Positions 14,377 through 22,426 of a stretch of 39,066 nucleotides of DNA are shown here, piece by piece. Position numbers and translations under genes: made by a program. This DNA comes from Candidatus Dormiibacterota bacterium (GTDB lineage Bacteria > Chloroflexota > Dormibacteria > Aeolococcales > Aeolococcaceae). Position 1 is the stretch's first letter. Every line of letters starts with the position of its first letter. The stretch lies in NCBI GenBank assembly GCA_003131685.1, contig PKWB01000124.1, forward strand, positions 1 through 39,066, read 5' to 3'. The notes beneath the pieces are model-generated. The model did no database searches, had not been told where the DNA came from, and saw only the letters and a program-made list of their open reading frames with translations.

Positions 14377-15582
14377 ATGGGGTTGACCGTTCCGAGGATG
14401 CCTGTTACGGTCGGCGTCCATTCACCCCAGTTCACGTCGATCTCACGGAGGCACTTGTTGCTCGCTCGCCGCGTGTCCCTCGTCGCCTCGGCCGGCGCGA
14501 TCGCACTGCTGGTGGCCGGCTCCCCGCTGAGCCAGGACAAGGTCCTCGCTGATCAGTTCACCCAGCAGATCCAGACGCTTTCGGCGCAGGCAAGCGCGCT
14601 CAACCGCGCCATCGACTCGCTGAGCGGCGCGAGCTCTGCCGCTCTGGGCAACGCGCTCTCATCCGCACAGGCCATTGCCAACACGCAAGCGAAACTGGCA
14701 GAGGCACAGACGGAGCTGGATCAGGCGAACAAGAACCTGGCGAACACCAGCGTGCAACTCCAGGTCGTTCACAGCGATTACACAGCCGACCAGGCACAGC
14801 TTGCGCAGATTCTCAAGCACGTCTACGAGCTCACCGACGACGGTTCCGTCACCGCAATCCTCGTGGACAGCAAGAGCTTCATCGATGCGATGGACGCGCT
14901 CACGAGCGCCAACCAGGTGAGCTCTCGCGTCGAGCAATTGGTCACGCAGATCCAGGGAACGCGCGACCAGCTCGATCGATTGCAGAAGCAACAGGTCCTC
15001 AACCAGTTGCACGCCAACACGATCGTCGACAGCCTCCAGTCACTGTCGGGACAGCAGCAGACCGAGGAGGTCGCGTATCGCCAGGAGGCGTCGACACTGA
15101 AGGGCAAGGCGGCCACACTGCTGTCGCAACTCCAGAGCGTGCGCTCGAAGATCACGGAGGTCCGTCACGAGCAGGAAGCCGCTGCCGCAGCAGCGGCTGC
15201 GGCGGCCGGCGCCGGTGCCTCCCACGTCCTCGGGAATGCGCTCCGTCCCTTCGCGTTCGGCCCGCGCTTTGACGACTATCCGTGGGGTCAGTGCACGTGG
15301 TACGTCGCCTCATTGCGCAACGTGTACTGGAGCGGGAACGCGTGGCAGTGGGCGGCCACCGCACGGGCGGCCGGTCGACTCGAGGGGCGGACGCCTCGCG
15401 TCGGAAGCTTGGTGGTCTTTGCACCGGGTGGCAATTACAGCCAGTTCGGACACGTGGCATATGTCGTCGCCGTGCAGGGTCCGAGGAGCTTCACCGTCGA
15501 CGAGGCCAACATGCTCGGTCTTGGAGTCGTCGATCAACGACACATCGGATCGTTGAACGGCGTCGAGGCGTTCATCTACTAG
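14377..15582 (+). CDS. Secreted coiled-coil plus CHAP-domain peptidoglycan hydrolase (PcsB-like architecture)
   Basis: ORF 14377..15582(+). Signal region ISRRHLLLARRVSLVASAGAIALLVAGSPLS, a ~230-aa Gln/Leu/Ala heptad-rich segment, a poly-Ala linker, then a CHAP domain (YPWGQCTWYVAS ... FGHVAYVV). Start is ambiguous: ATG 14377, ATG 14398 or TTG 14455/14458. Confidence 0.8.
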   Translation: MGLTVPRMPVTVGVHSPQFTSISRRHLLLARRVSLVASAGAIALLVAGSPLSQDKVLADQFTQQIQTLSAQASALNRAIDSLSGASSAALGNALSSAQAIANTQAKLAEAQTELDQANKNLANTSVQLQVVHSDYTADQAQLAQILKHVYELTDDGSVTAILVDSKSFIDAMDALTSANQVSSRVEQLVTQIQGTRDQLDRLQKQQVLNQLHANTIVDSLQSLSGQQQTEEVAYRQEASTLKGKAATLLSQLQSVRSKITEVRHEQEAAAAAAAAAAGAGASHVLGNALRPFAFGPRFDDYPWGQCTWYVASLRNVYWSGNAWQWAATARAAGRLEGRTPRVGSLVVFAPGGNYSQFGHVAYVVAVQGPRSFTVDEANMLGLGVVDQRHIGSLNGVEAFIY

Positions 15583-15661
15583 CTGCGACCGCCTCCAGGA
15601 AGTCCACGCAGTATCCAACTGTGACGTCAGACCGTCGCGGGACCACGGCTGACTACCATGC

Positions 15662-16588
15662 GTGGCGGTGCTGAACAAAACGCTCGAGACCCCGGACCAA
15701 CGTGCCGGGGGGCTCGTCTATGGGGTCAGCGCGTACGTGCTGTGGGGCCTCTTCCCACTGTTCTGGCCTCTGCTCGAGCCGGCGAATCCGCTCGAGATCC
15801 TGGCTTGTCGCATCGTCCTCTGCTTCGCGGTCATCGCCGTCCTGCTCGCCGTTCGGCATCAACTGGGCGGGATTCGCCGGCTGGACCGGGGGACGGTGGG
15901 GCGGCTGTGCGCCGCGGGCATCGCCATCGCGATCAACTGGGGCGTGTACATCTGGGGGGTCAACAACGGCCACGTCATCGAGACCAGCCTCGGATACTTC
16001 ATCAACCCGCTCGTGACCATCGGCCTCGGCGTCGTGATCCTGCACGAGCGGCTCCGACCGGTGCAGTGGGCTGCGGTGGGGCTTGGAGTGGTTGCGGTTG
16101 CGGTGCTGAGCTTCGACTACGGACGCCCGCCCTGGATCGCGCTCGCCCTCGCGTGCTCATTCGGCACGTACGGCTTTCTCAAGAAGGGTGTGCGCGCGTC
16201 GGCACCCGAAGGGCTGTTCGTTGAAGGAGCCGTGACCAGCGTGCCCGCATTGGTCGTGCTCGTGGTCCTGGCCGTTACCGGGCAGGCCACATTCGTCGGT
16301 CATGCCGCCACCGCCGGACACCTCCTCCTGCTCATCTCGGCGGGTCCGGTGACGGCGCTCCCGCTGCTGTCCTTCGCCGGTGCCGCAACCCGGCTCCCAC
16401 TCTCAACCATGGGCCTGCTGCAATACGTCACCCCGGTCATTCAGTTCGCCATAGGGGTGCTGATCCTTCGGGAGAGCACCTCGTTCGCACTCCTCTGTGG
16501 TTTCGCGCTGGTCTGGATCGCGCTCGCGATCCTCGGGTTCGACGGCGTTCGCCACAGGAACGCGGCGCCGACGGTTGCGGCCGCGTAG
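15662..16588 (+). CDS. rarD: EamA/DMT family transporter, RarD type
   Basis: ORF 15662..16588(+), 308 aa, GTG start. Reads GLVYGVSAYVLWGLFPLFWPLL.PANPLEILACRIV, followed by 10 hydrophobic segments. This is typical of RarD. Confidence 0.75.
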   Translation: MAVLNKTLETPDQRAGGLVYGVSAYVLWGLFPLFWPLLEPANPLEILACRIVLCFAVIAVLLAVRHQLGGIRRLDRGTVGRLCAAGIAIAINWGVYIWGVNNGHVIETSLGYFINPLVTIGLGVVILHERLRPVQWAAVGLGVVAVAVLSFDYGRPPWIALALACSFGTYGFLKKGVRASAPEGLFVEGAVTSVPALVVLVVLAVTGQATFVGHAATAGHLLLLISAGPVTALPLLSFAGAATRLPLSTMGLLQYVTPVIQFAIGVLILRESTSFALLCGFALVWIALAILGFDGVRHRNAAPTVAAA

Positions 16589-16610
16589 CGCCCCTGAAGC
16601 TCGCTTCCCT

Positions 16611-16634
16611 CTTGAGCCTTGCCCTTGAGCCTTG
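16611..16634. repeat. Direct repeat CTTGAGCCTTG x2 (13-nt period)
   Basis: Copies at 16611-16621 and 16624-16634, just downstream of the rarD stop. Confidence 0.85.
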
Positions 16635-16660
16635 GGACTCTCCAGCAGTCGCGCGGAGAA

Positions 16661-16772
16661 TGGCCCGATTTTGAGCAATTGGGCCACTATTTACCAAAGC
16701 TTCGATTTAGGAGCAATAAGTTCCATAAGATCTGAAAAGCATCGTTGAACTGGGGTAAACTCGGTTGAATCG
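16661..16772. promoter_or_regulatory. AT-rich upstream region of the ATPase gene with repeated CGATTT(N)GAGCAAT motif
   Basis: I counted 46 G/C in the 110 nt 16661-16770 (42%), the most AT-rich stretch I saw in the window. cgattttgagcaat (16666-16679) and cgatttaggagcaat (16703-16717) are near-repeats. TTGAAC (16745-16750), TTGAAT and TAAACT hexamers are present. Confidence 0.4.
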
Positions 16773-17939
16773 ATGGATGAGCTGATCAACCCCTACCGCC
16801 CCGGCGCCGGCACACCGCCCCCCGCCCTGACCGGTCGCGACGACCTCATCAACCGGTTCGGCGTCGCGTTCCGCCGGGCGGTGGCCGGAAGACCGGGCAA
16901 GAGCATCCTCATGATCGGGCTCCGCGGCGCCGGCAAGACCGTGCTCCTCAATCGGTTTGCCGAGATCGCCGAACAGGAGGGCTTTCGGGTCGGTCTCATC
17001 GAGGCTCCCGAGCATGGTCATTTCCCGTCACTGCTCGCCGGGCGGCTCCGACGCATCCTCCTGCCGCTCAGCACCAACGTGGTGTCGACGGCCGTGACCC
17101 GGGCGCTGCGGGTGCTGAAAACCTTCACCCTCCAGCTCCCCGACGGGACGCGGGTGTCCATCGATGTCGAGGCGTTGCGAGGAGTCGCCGACTCCGGGAA
17201 CCTCGCCGACGATGTGACCGACCTGCTGGTGGCGTGCGGAGACGCGGCTCGAGACCGGGGGACCGGCATCGTGCTCGCCGTCGACGAGCTGCAGTACGTG
17301 CCTGCCGAGGAGCTGTCGGCTTTGATCGTGGCGATCCACCGCACCAACCAGCTCAACCTTCCGGTGATCCTCACCGGTGCCGGTCTTCCCCAGCTGCGCG
17401 CCCTTGTCGGCGAGGCAAAGTCCTACGCGGAGCGGCTGTTCGACTTTCCGGAGATCGGTTCGCTCGGCGCCGAGGATGCGCGGACGGCACTCGCCCTCCC
17501 CGCCGAGGAGAGTGGCGCCCGGATCGACGACGCAGCGCTCGACATCATGGTCGAGCGATCCCACGGGTACCCGTACTTCCTCCAGGAGTGGGGATACCAC
17601 GTCTGGAACGCGGCGCCGCAGAGCCCGATCACCGCCGATGACGTCGAGCGTGCGGCGCCTCGAGTTCAAGACCAGCTTGACCAGAACTTCTTCCTGGTAA
17701 GGCTCGACCGGCTCACCCCTCGAGAGCGCGAGTACCTGGTGGCGATGGCAGCGCTCGGGCCGGGGCCGCACCGCTCCGGCGACATTGCGGCCGCGTTGGG
17801 CGTGCGTGTCGAGTCGGTCGCGCCGCGCCGTTCAGCGCTCATCGCCAAAGGCATCATCTACAGCCCCGCGCACGGGGACACCGCATTCACCGTCCCGCTC
17901 TTCGACGAGTTCCTCAAGCGGGTGGATCCGCAGGTCTGA
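16773..17939 (+). CDS. AAA/ORC-Cdc6-like ATP-binding protein with C-terminal winged-helix domain
   Basis: ORF 16773..17939(+), 388 aa. Walker A is GLRGAGKT and Walker B is IVLAVDELQ. The C-terminal segment REREYLVAMAALGPGPHRSGDIAAALGVRVESVAPRRSALIAKGIIYSP is wHTH-like. Confidence 0.75.
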   Translation: MDELINPYRPGAGTPPPALTGRDDLINRFGVAFRRAVAGRPGKSILMIGLRGAGKTVLLNRFAEIAEQEGFRVGLIEAPEHGHFPSLLAGRLRRILLPLSTNVVSTAVTRALRVLKTFTLQLPDGTRVSIDVEALRGVADSGNLADDVTDLLVACGDAARDRGTGIVLAVDELQYVPAEELSALIVAIHRTNQLNLPVILTGAGLPQLRALVGEAKSYAERLFDFPEIGSLGAEDARTALALPAEESGARIDDAALDIMVERSHGYPYFLQEWGYHVWNAAPQSPITADDVERAAPRVQDQLDQNFFLVRLDRLTPREREYLVAMAALGPGPHRSGDIAAALGVRVESVAPRRSALIAKGIIYSPAHGDTAFTVPLFDEFLKRVDPQV

Positions 17940-17997
17940 CCCGGCGTTGCGCTGCCGGCTCACCCGGGATGGCAAGCAGGGTAGCCTTGCCTGGCCT

Positions 17998-19701
17998 GTG
18001 GACACGGTTCTGCGCATCGGCAACGCCTCCGGCTTCTACGGCGACCGTTTCGCCGCCTTTCGGGAGATGCTCGACGGCGGTCACCTCGACGTCCTCACCG
18101 GCGACTACCTTGCCGAGCTGACCATGCTCATCCTCGCGCGGCAACGCTCGGCGCATCCCGATGGCGGCTACGCGAGGACCTTCCTCAGCCAGATGGAGGA
18201 CTGCCTCGGCAGTGCCGTCGAGCGTGGCGTCACGATCGTGAGCAATGCGGGCGGGCTCAACCCGGCCGGGCTCGCCACCGCGCTCCGCGACCTCGCACAC
18301 CGTCTCGGCATCCGGGCCACCATCGCCTCGGTTGAAGGAGACGACCTGACCGGCCGTGCCGCGGAGCTCGGCCTCGGCAGTCCGCTCGCCGCCAACGCAT
18401 ACCTCGGCGGGTGGGGGATCGCCGAATGCATCCGCTCCGGCGCGAATGTCGTGGTGACCGGGCGCGTCACCGACGCAAGCCTCGTGGTCGGGCCCGCAGC
18501 GGCGCACTTCGGCTGGCAGCGAAACGACTGGGATGCGCTTGCGGGAGCGACCGTCGCCGGCCACATCCTCGAGTGCGGTGCGCAGGCGACGGGCGGCAAC
18601 TACAGCTTCTTCACGGAACACGATGTGCGTCGCCCCGGGTTTCCCATCGCCGAAGTGCATGCCGACGGATCCAGCGTGATCACCAAACACGACGGCACCG
18701 TCGGCGCGGTCACCATCGAAACCGTGACCGCGCAACTGCTCTACGAGATCGCCGGTCCTCCCTATCTCGGCCCCGACGTGGTCACCCGTTTCGACAGCAT
18801 TGAACTGGCGAGCGACGGACCGGACCGCGTTCGTGTCACGGGCGTTCGTGGAGAGCCGCCACCGCCCTCGCTCAAGGTGTCCTGCAACGCGCTGAGCGGC
18901 TATCGCAACGCCGTCACCTTCGTGCTGTGCGGCATCGACATCGAGGCCAAGGCCGCACTGGTGCGCGAGCAGATGACCGCCGGGCTGGCCGCTGCACCAC
19001 CGCAGCAGGTGCGCTGGACCCTTGCACGAACCGACCATGCCGATTCGGACGATGAGGAGGCGGCGAGTGCGCTCCTGCACTGCAGTGTGAGAGACCCCGA
19101 TCCTGCGATCGCCGGGCGAGCCTTCAGCGCGCACGCGGTCGAGATCGGCCTGGGAAGCTATCCGGGTTTTCACCTCACCGCGCCACCCGGGGACGCATCA
19201 CCAGTCGGCGTCTTTCACCCCGGCTTCGTCCCGGCGAGTGCTGTCGATCACGTGGCGGTGCTCCAGGACGGCAGACGCATCCCCATAGCCCCGTCGTCGG
19301 AGACCCGCACGCCCGGCGCAGATCCGGAAGAGACGGCCGATGACCTGCCGCAGCCGCTCGCAGCCGGCCCGACGCGCCGCGTCCCGCTCGGCACCGTCGC
19401 AGGCGCTCGCAGTGGTGACAAGGGCGGCGACGCCAACCTCGGTGTGTGGGCTCGCGATGAGCGGTCGTGGCGCTGGCTCGCGCACGCGCTCACCGTCGAC
19501 GTGCTGCGCCGGCTTCTCCCCGAGACGGCCGGGTTGCCGGTTCGGCGTCATGTGTTCGCCAACCTGCGCGCGCTCAACTTCGTCATCGCCGGCCTGCTCG
19601 GTGAGGGCGTCGCCTCGTCCACACGCTTCGACCCGCAGGCAAAGGCACTCGGAGAGTGGCTTCGCTCGCGACTGATCGATATACCCGAGGAGCTCCTATG
19701 A
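17998..19701 (+). CDS. Acyclic terpene utilisation AtuA family protein (DUF1446)
   Basis: ORF 17785..19701(+). The recognisable family N-terminus LRIGNASGFYGDRFAAFREMLDGGHLDVLTGDYLAELTMLILA begins right after in-frame GTG 17998. Upstream tracked codons overlap the ATPase gene. Confidence 0.75.
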   Translation: MDTVLRIGNASGFYGDRFAAFREMLDGGHLDVLTGDYLAELTMLILARQRSAHPDGGYARTFLSQMEDCLGSAVERGVTIVSNAGGLNPAGLATALRDLAHRLGIRATIASVEGDDLTGRAAELGLGSPLAANAYLGGWGIAECIRSGANVVVTGRVTDASLVVGPAAAHFGWQRNDWDALAGATVAGHILECGAQATGGNYSFFTEHDVRRPGFPIAEVHADGSSVITKHDGTVGAVTIETVTAQLLYEIAGPPYLGPDVVTRFDSIELASDGPDRVRVTGVRGEPPPPSLKVSCNALSGYRNAVTFVLCGIDIEAKAALVREQMTAGLAAAPPQQVRWTLARTDHADSDDEEAASALLHCSVRDPDPAIAGRAFSAHAVEIGLGSYPGFHLTAPPGDASPVGVFHPGFVPASAVDHVAVLQDGRRIPIAPSSETRTPGADPEETADDLPQPLAAGPTRRVPLGTVAGARSGDKGGDANLGVWARDERSWRWLAHALTVDVLRRLLPETAGLPVRRHVFANLRALNFVIAGLLGEGVASSTRFDPQAKALGEWLRSRLIDIPEELL

Positions 19702-20459
19702 CCGACCCGGAACTCGTCCATCTCGATTTCGACGGTGGCATCGCCACCGTGACCCTCGACTCACCGAACAACCGCAATGCCCTGTCGCGGCAGCTTGTCT
19801 CCGAGCTCACCGACCGGATGAACACGGCGGCCGCGACCGCCGACATACGTGCGGTCGTGCTGAGCCACACCGGGACGACCTTCTCCGCCGGTGCCGACCT
19901 CTCCGAGGCTTCGACAGGTCCGATGACCGGCACCGCGAGTGGGCTGCTGGCCCTGATTCGCACCATCGTCGACCTTCCCCTTCCCGTTCTTGCCAGAGTC
20001 GACGGTAACGTGCGAGCCGGTGGCGTCGGGCTGCTCGGCGCCTGCGACGTCGTGGTCGCCGGCCCGCGCAGCACCTTCGCGATCACCGAGGCGAGGCTCG
20101 GCCTGGCGGCGGCGGTCATCTCGGTGAGCGTGCTCCCTCGCATTGACGCGCGATCCGCCTCCCGCTACTACCTCACGGGCGCGACCTTCGACGCCGCTGA
20201 GGCGCAGCGGATCGGCCTGGTCACGCTCGCCGCGGACGACGTCGACGCTGCGCTGGCAACACTCACCGCCGACCTGCTCAAGGCTTCGCCACAGGGACTC
20301 ATCGAGTCCAAGCGCATCGCCAACCGCGGTGTTCGCGAGGCGATCGAGCGCTATGGGGACGAGATGGTCGATCTGTCCGCACGGCTCTTCGCATCGGAGG
20401 AGGCGCACGAGGGCATGACCGCATTCCTCGATCGACGCCCCCCGCGCTGGACCGCCTGA
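19698..20459 (+). CDS. Enoyl-CoA hydratase/isomerase (crotonase) family protein
   Basis: Inner ATG 19698 of ORF 19656..20459(+), overlapping the AtuA stop as ATGA. Reads IATVTLDSPNNRNALS...FSAGADL...VDGNVRAGGVGLLGACDVVVA...EGMTAFLDRRPPRW. Confidence 0.85.
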   Translation: MTDPELVHLDFDGGIATVTLDSPNNRNALSRQLVSELTDRMNTAAATADIRAVVLSHTGTTFSAGADLSEASTGPMTGTASGLLALIRTIVDLPLPVLARVDGNVRAGGVGLLGACDVVVAGPRSTFAITEARLGLAAAVISVSVLPRIDARSASRYYLTGATFDAAEAQRIGLVTLAADDVDAALATLTADLLKASPQGLIESKRIANRGVREAIERYGDEMVDLSARLFASEEAHEGMTAFLDRRPPRWTA

Positions 20460-20495
20460 TCCAGACCGGCACGAGCCGAGGACATAATCCGCGCG

Positions 20496-21482
20496 GTGAC
20501 CAGCGAAGCGTGGGGATCTCAGCCGTCCTCAACCGCCGCAGCCGGCGCGAACCCGGCGGCTGTCCTCCGGCAGGTCCTCCTCTGGGCATCGCGGCGCCGT
20601 CAGCTCAAGCGGCTGATCACATCGGCTCCGGTCACGCGGGACGTGGTTCGACGCTTTGTCGCCGGCGAGACCATCGATGACGCGCTCCGGGTCACCCGGA
20701 CCCTCACCGGCGACGGGTTGCAGGTGTCGCTCGACCACCTCGGCGAGGACACCCTCGACATCGCCACGGCGAGTGCGGCAGTCGACGCGTACCGCGCCCT
20801 CGCCCGGCGGCTTGCCGAGGGAGGCCTCGCCGCCCGCGCCGAGATGTCGGTCAAGCTCTCCGCGGTGGGGCAGGCGCTCGACGAGTCCATGGCACTCGAC
20901 AACGCGAGGTCGATCTGCGACGCCGCTCGCGCAGCCGGCTCGTCGGTCACGATCGACATGGAGGGTCACACCACCACGGACTCGACGCTGCGCATCGTCG
21001 GGCTGCTCCGCCAGGATTTCCCGGCGACCGGCGCGGTGCTCCAGGCGTCACTCCGTCGAACTGAGGACGACTGCCAGGCTCTCGGTGTGCCCGGCTCGCG
21101 CATCCGTCTCTGCAAGGGTGCGTACCAGGAACCTGCCTCGCTCGCCTGGCAGCGTCCCGATGACATTCGCGCGGCATACGTCCGCTGTCTCGGCACGCTC
21201 ATCGCGGGTGGCGCCCTGCCGATGGCCGCGACCCATGATCCGAAGCTCGTCGACGCAACTGGACGCCTGGTCCGGGAGATCGCGGGACCCGGATTCAAAC
21301 ACGAGTACCAGATGCTCTACGGGATCCGGCCCGATGAGCAGCGCCGCCTGGTCGCGGCCGGTGAGACGGTGCGCGTCTACGTGCCCTTCGGCGTTCAGTG
21401 GTACGGGTATCTCATGCGCCGCATGGCCGAGCGACCGGCCAACACCGCGCTCTTCCTGCGATCCCTGGTGAGCAGGAACTGA
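20496..21482 (+). CDS. Proline dehydrogenase family protein
   Basis: ORF 20496..21482(+), 328 aa, GTG start. Reads RFVAGETIDDALRVTRTLTGDGLQVSLDHLGE...SVKLSAVGQ...VTIDMEGH...IRLCKGAY...ATHD...YQMLYGIR...VRVYVPFG. Confidence 0.8.
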   Translation: MTSEAWGSQPSSTAAAGANPAAVLRQVLLWASRRRQLKRLITSAPVTRDVVRRFVAGETIDDALRVTRTLTGDGLQVSLDHLGEDTLDIATASAAVDAYRALARRLAEGGLAARAEMSVKLSAVGQALDESMALDNARSICDAARAAGSSVTIDMEGHTTTDSTLRIVGLLRQDFPATGAVLQASLRRTEDDCQALGVPGSRIRLCKGAYQEPASLAWQRPDDIRAAYVRCLGTLIAGGALPMAATHDPKLVDATGRLVREIAGPGFKHEYQMLYGIRPDEQRRLVAAGETVRVYVPFGVQWYGYLMRRMAERPANTALFLRSLVSRN

Positions 21483-22426
21483 TGGCCGCCTCGACGCAGA
21501 CCGCGCGTGTGGTCGTCACCGGCGGTGCCGGGTTCATCGGGGTGCACAGCGTCGAAGCGCTGCTCGCTGCCGGCGGCGAGGTGCTGGTCATCGACGACCT
21601 CCGTCACGCCTCGTACCGTCGCCTCCCCGAGTCGGCGCGGGTCGAGGTTGCCGATGTCGCCGAAGCGCAGGCTCGCGAGGCGATCCGGACCTGGAAGCCG
21701 ACCGCGATCCTCCACCTGGCCGCCCAGGGCGGCGTGAACCGATCCTGGCGCGAGCCGGCCGAGGACGCTCACATCAACGTGCTCGGGACGGTGAGCGTGC
21801 TCACAGCGGCGATGGCCGCCGGGTGCCGCCGGGTGGTCGTCGCCTCCTCCGGAGGGGCGCTCTACGGAGCCGCCCGACGGCTGCCGACCCCCGAGGACGA
21901 GCCGACCCAGCCGCGCTCGCCGTACGGCACCGCCAAGCTCAGCATCGAGCACTACCTCGGACACTTCACGCGCGCCGGGTCACTCGACGCCCTGGCGCTG
22001 CGCTACGGCAACGTGTACGGACCAGGACAGGACGGCACCGGAGAGGCGGGGGTGGTGGCGATCTCCAGCCACCGTCTGCTCGCCGGCACGGCGCCGGTCA
22101 TCCGGGGGGACGGCTCTCAGACGCGCGACTTCACCTATGTCGGCGACATCGTCGCGGCCAACCTGCTCGGGCTCGGCTCGAGCGTGACCGGAGCGATCAA
22201 CATCGGCACGGGGCGGGAGACCGGGATAGGCGACCTGGTCCGCCGCCTGTGCGCTCTTGCCGGCTACGCCGGGGAGCCCGAGCTCGAACCGCTCCCGCCT
22301 GGCGAGGTGGCGCGCAGCGCACTCGACAGCTCGCTTGCCGCCGAGCGCCTCGGCTGGCGGCCCGGTGTCACCCTCGATGATGGCCTGGCCCGCACCCTGG
22401 AGAGCTTCCGCGACCAGGTTCAGTGA
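21482..22426 (+). CDS. NAD-dependent epimerase/dehydratase (UDP-glucose 4-epimerase-like extended SDR)
   Basis: Inner ATG 21482 of ORF 21398..22426(+), in a TGATG overlap with the proline dehydrogenase stop. Motifs TGGAGFIG and YGTAKLSIE (YxxxK). Its stop TGA (22424-22426) directly abuts the stop of the convergent GT-C gene (22427-22429). Confidence 0.85.
   Translation: MAASTQTARVVVTGGAGFIGVHSVEALLAAGGEVLVIDDLRHASYRRLPESARVEVADVAEAQAREAIRTWKPTAILHLAAQGGVNRSWREPAEDAHINVLGTVSVLTAAMAAGCRRVVVASSGGALYGAARRLPTPEDEPTQPRSPYGTAKLSIEHYLGHFTRAGSLDALALRYGNVYGPGQDGTGEAGVVAISSHRLLAGTAPVIRGDGSQTRDFTYVGDIVAANLLGLGSSVTGAINIGTGRETGIGDLVRRLCALAGYAGEPELEPLPPGEVARSALDSSLAAERLGWRPGVTLDDGLARTLESFRDQVQ

Noticed and set aside
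14447-14451. GGAGG as a definite Shine-Dalgarno for a TTG start of the CHAP gene
   Set aside because: The same bases encode the Arg-Arg of a plausible twin-arginine motif if translation starts upstream. I therefore could not use it to fix the start.
14282-14457. Possible cyclic-di-AMP (ydaO-type) riboswitch upstream of the wall hydrolase gene
   Set aside because: The context is suggestive, since this riboswitch class often precedes cell-wall hydrolase genes in high-GC Gram-positives. However, I could not line up the conserved ydaO sequence blocks on the plus strand. The only GGGGUGAAU-like word is on the minus strand. A covariance-model scan is needed before making any claim.
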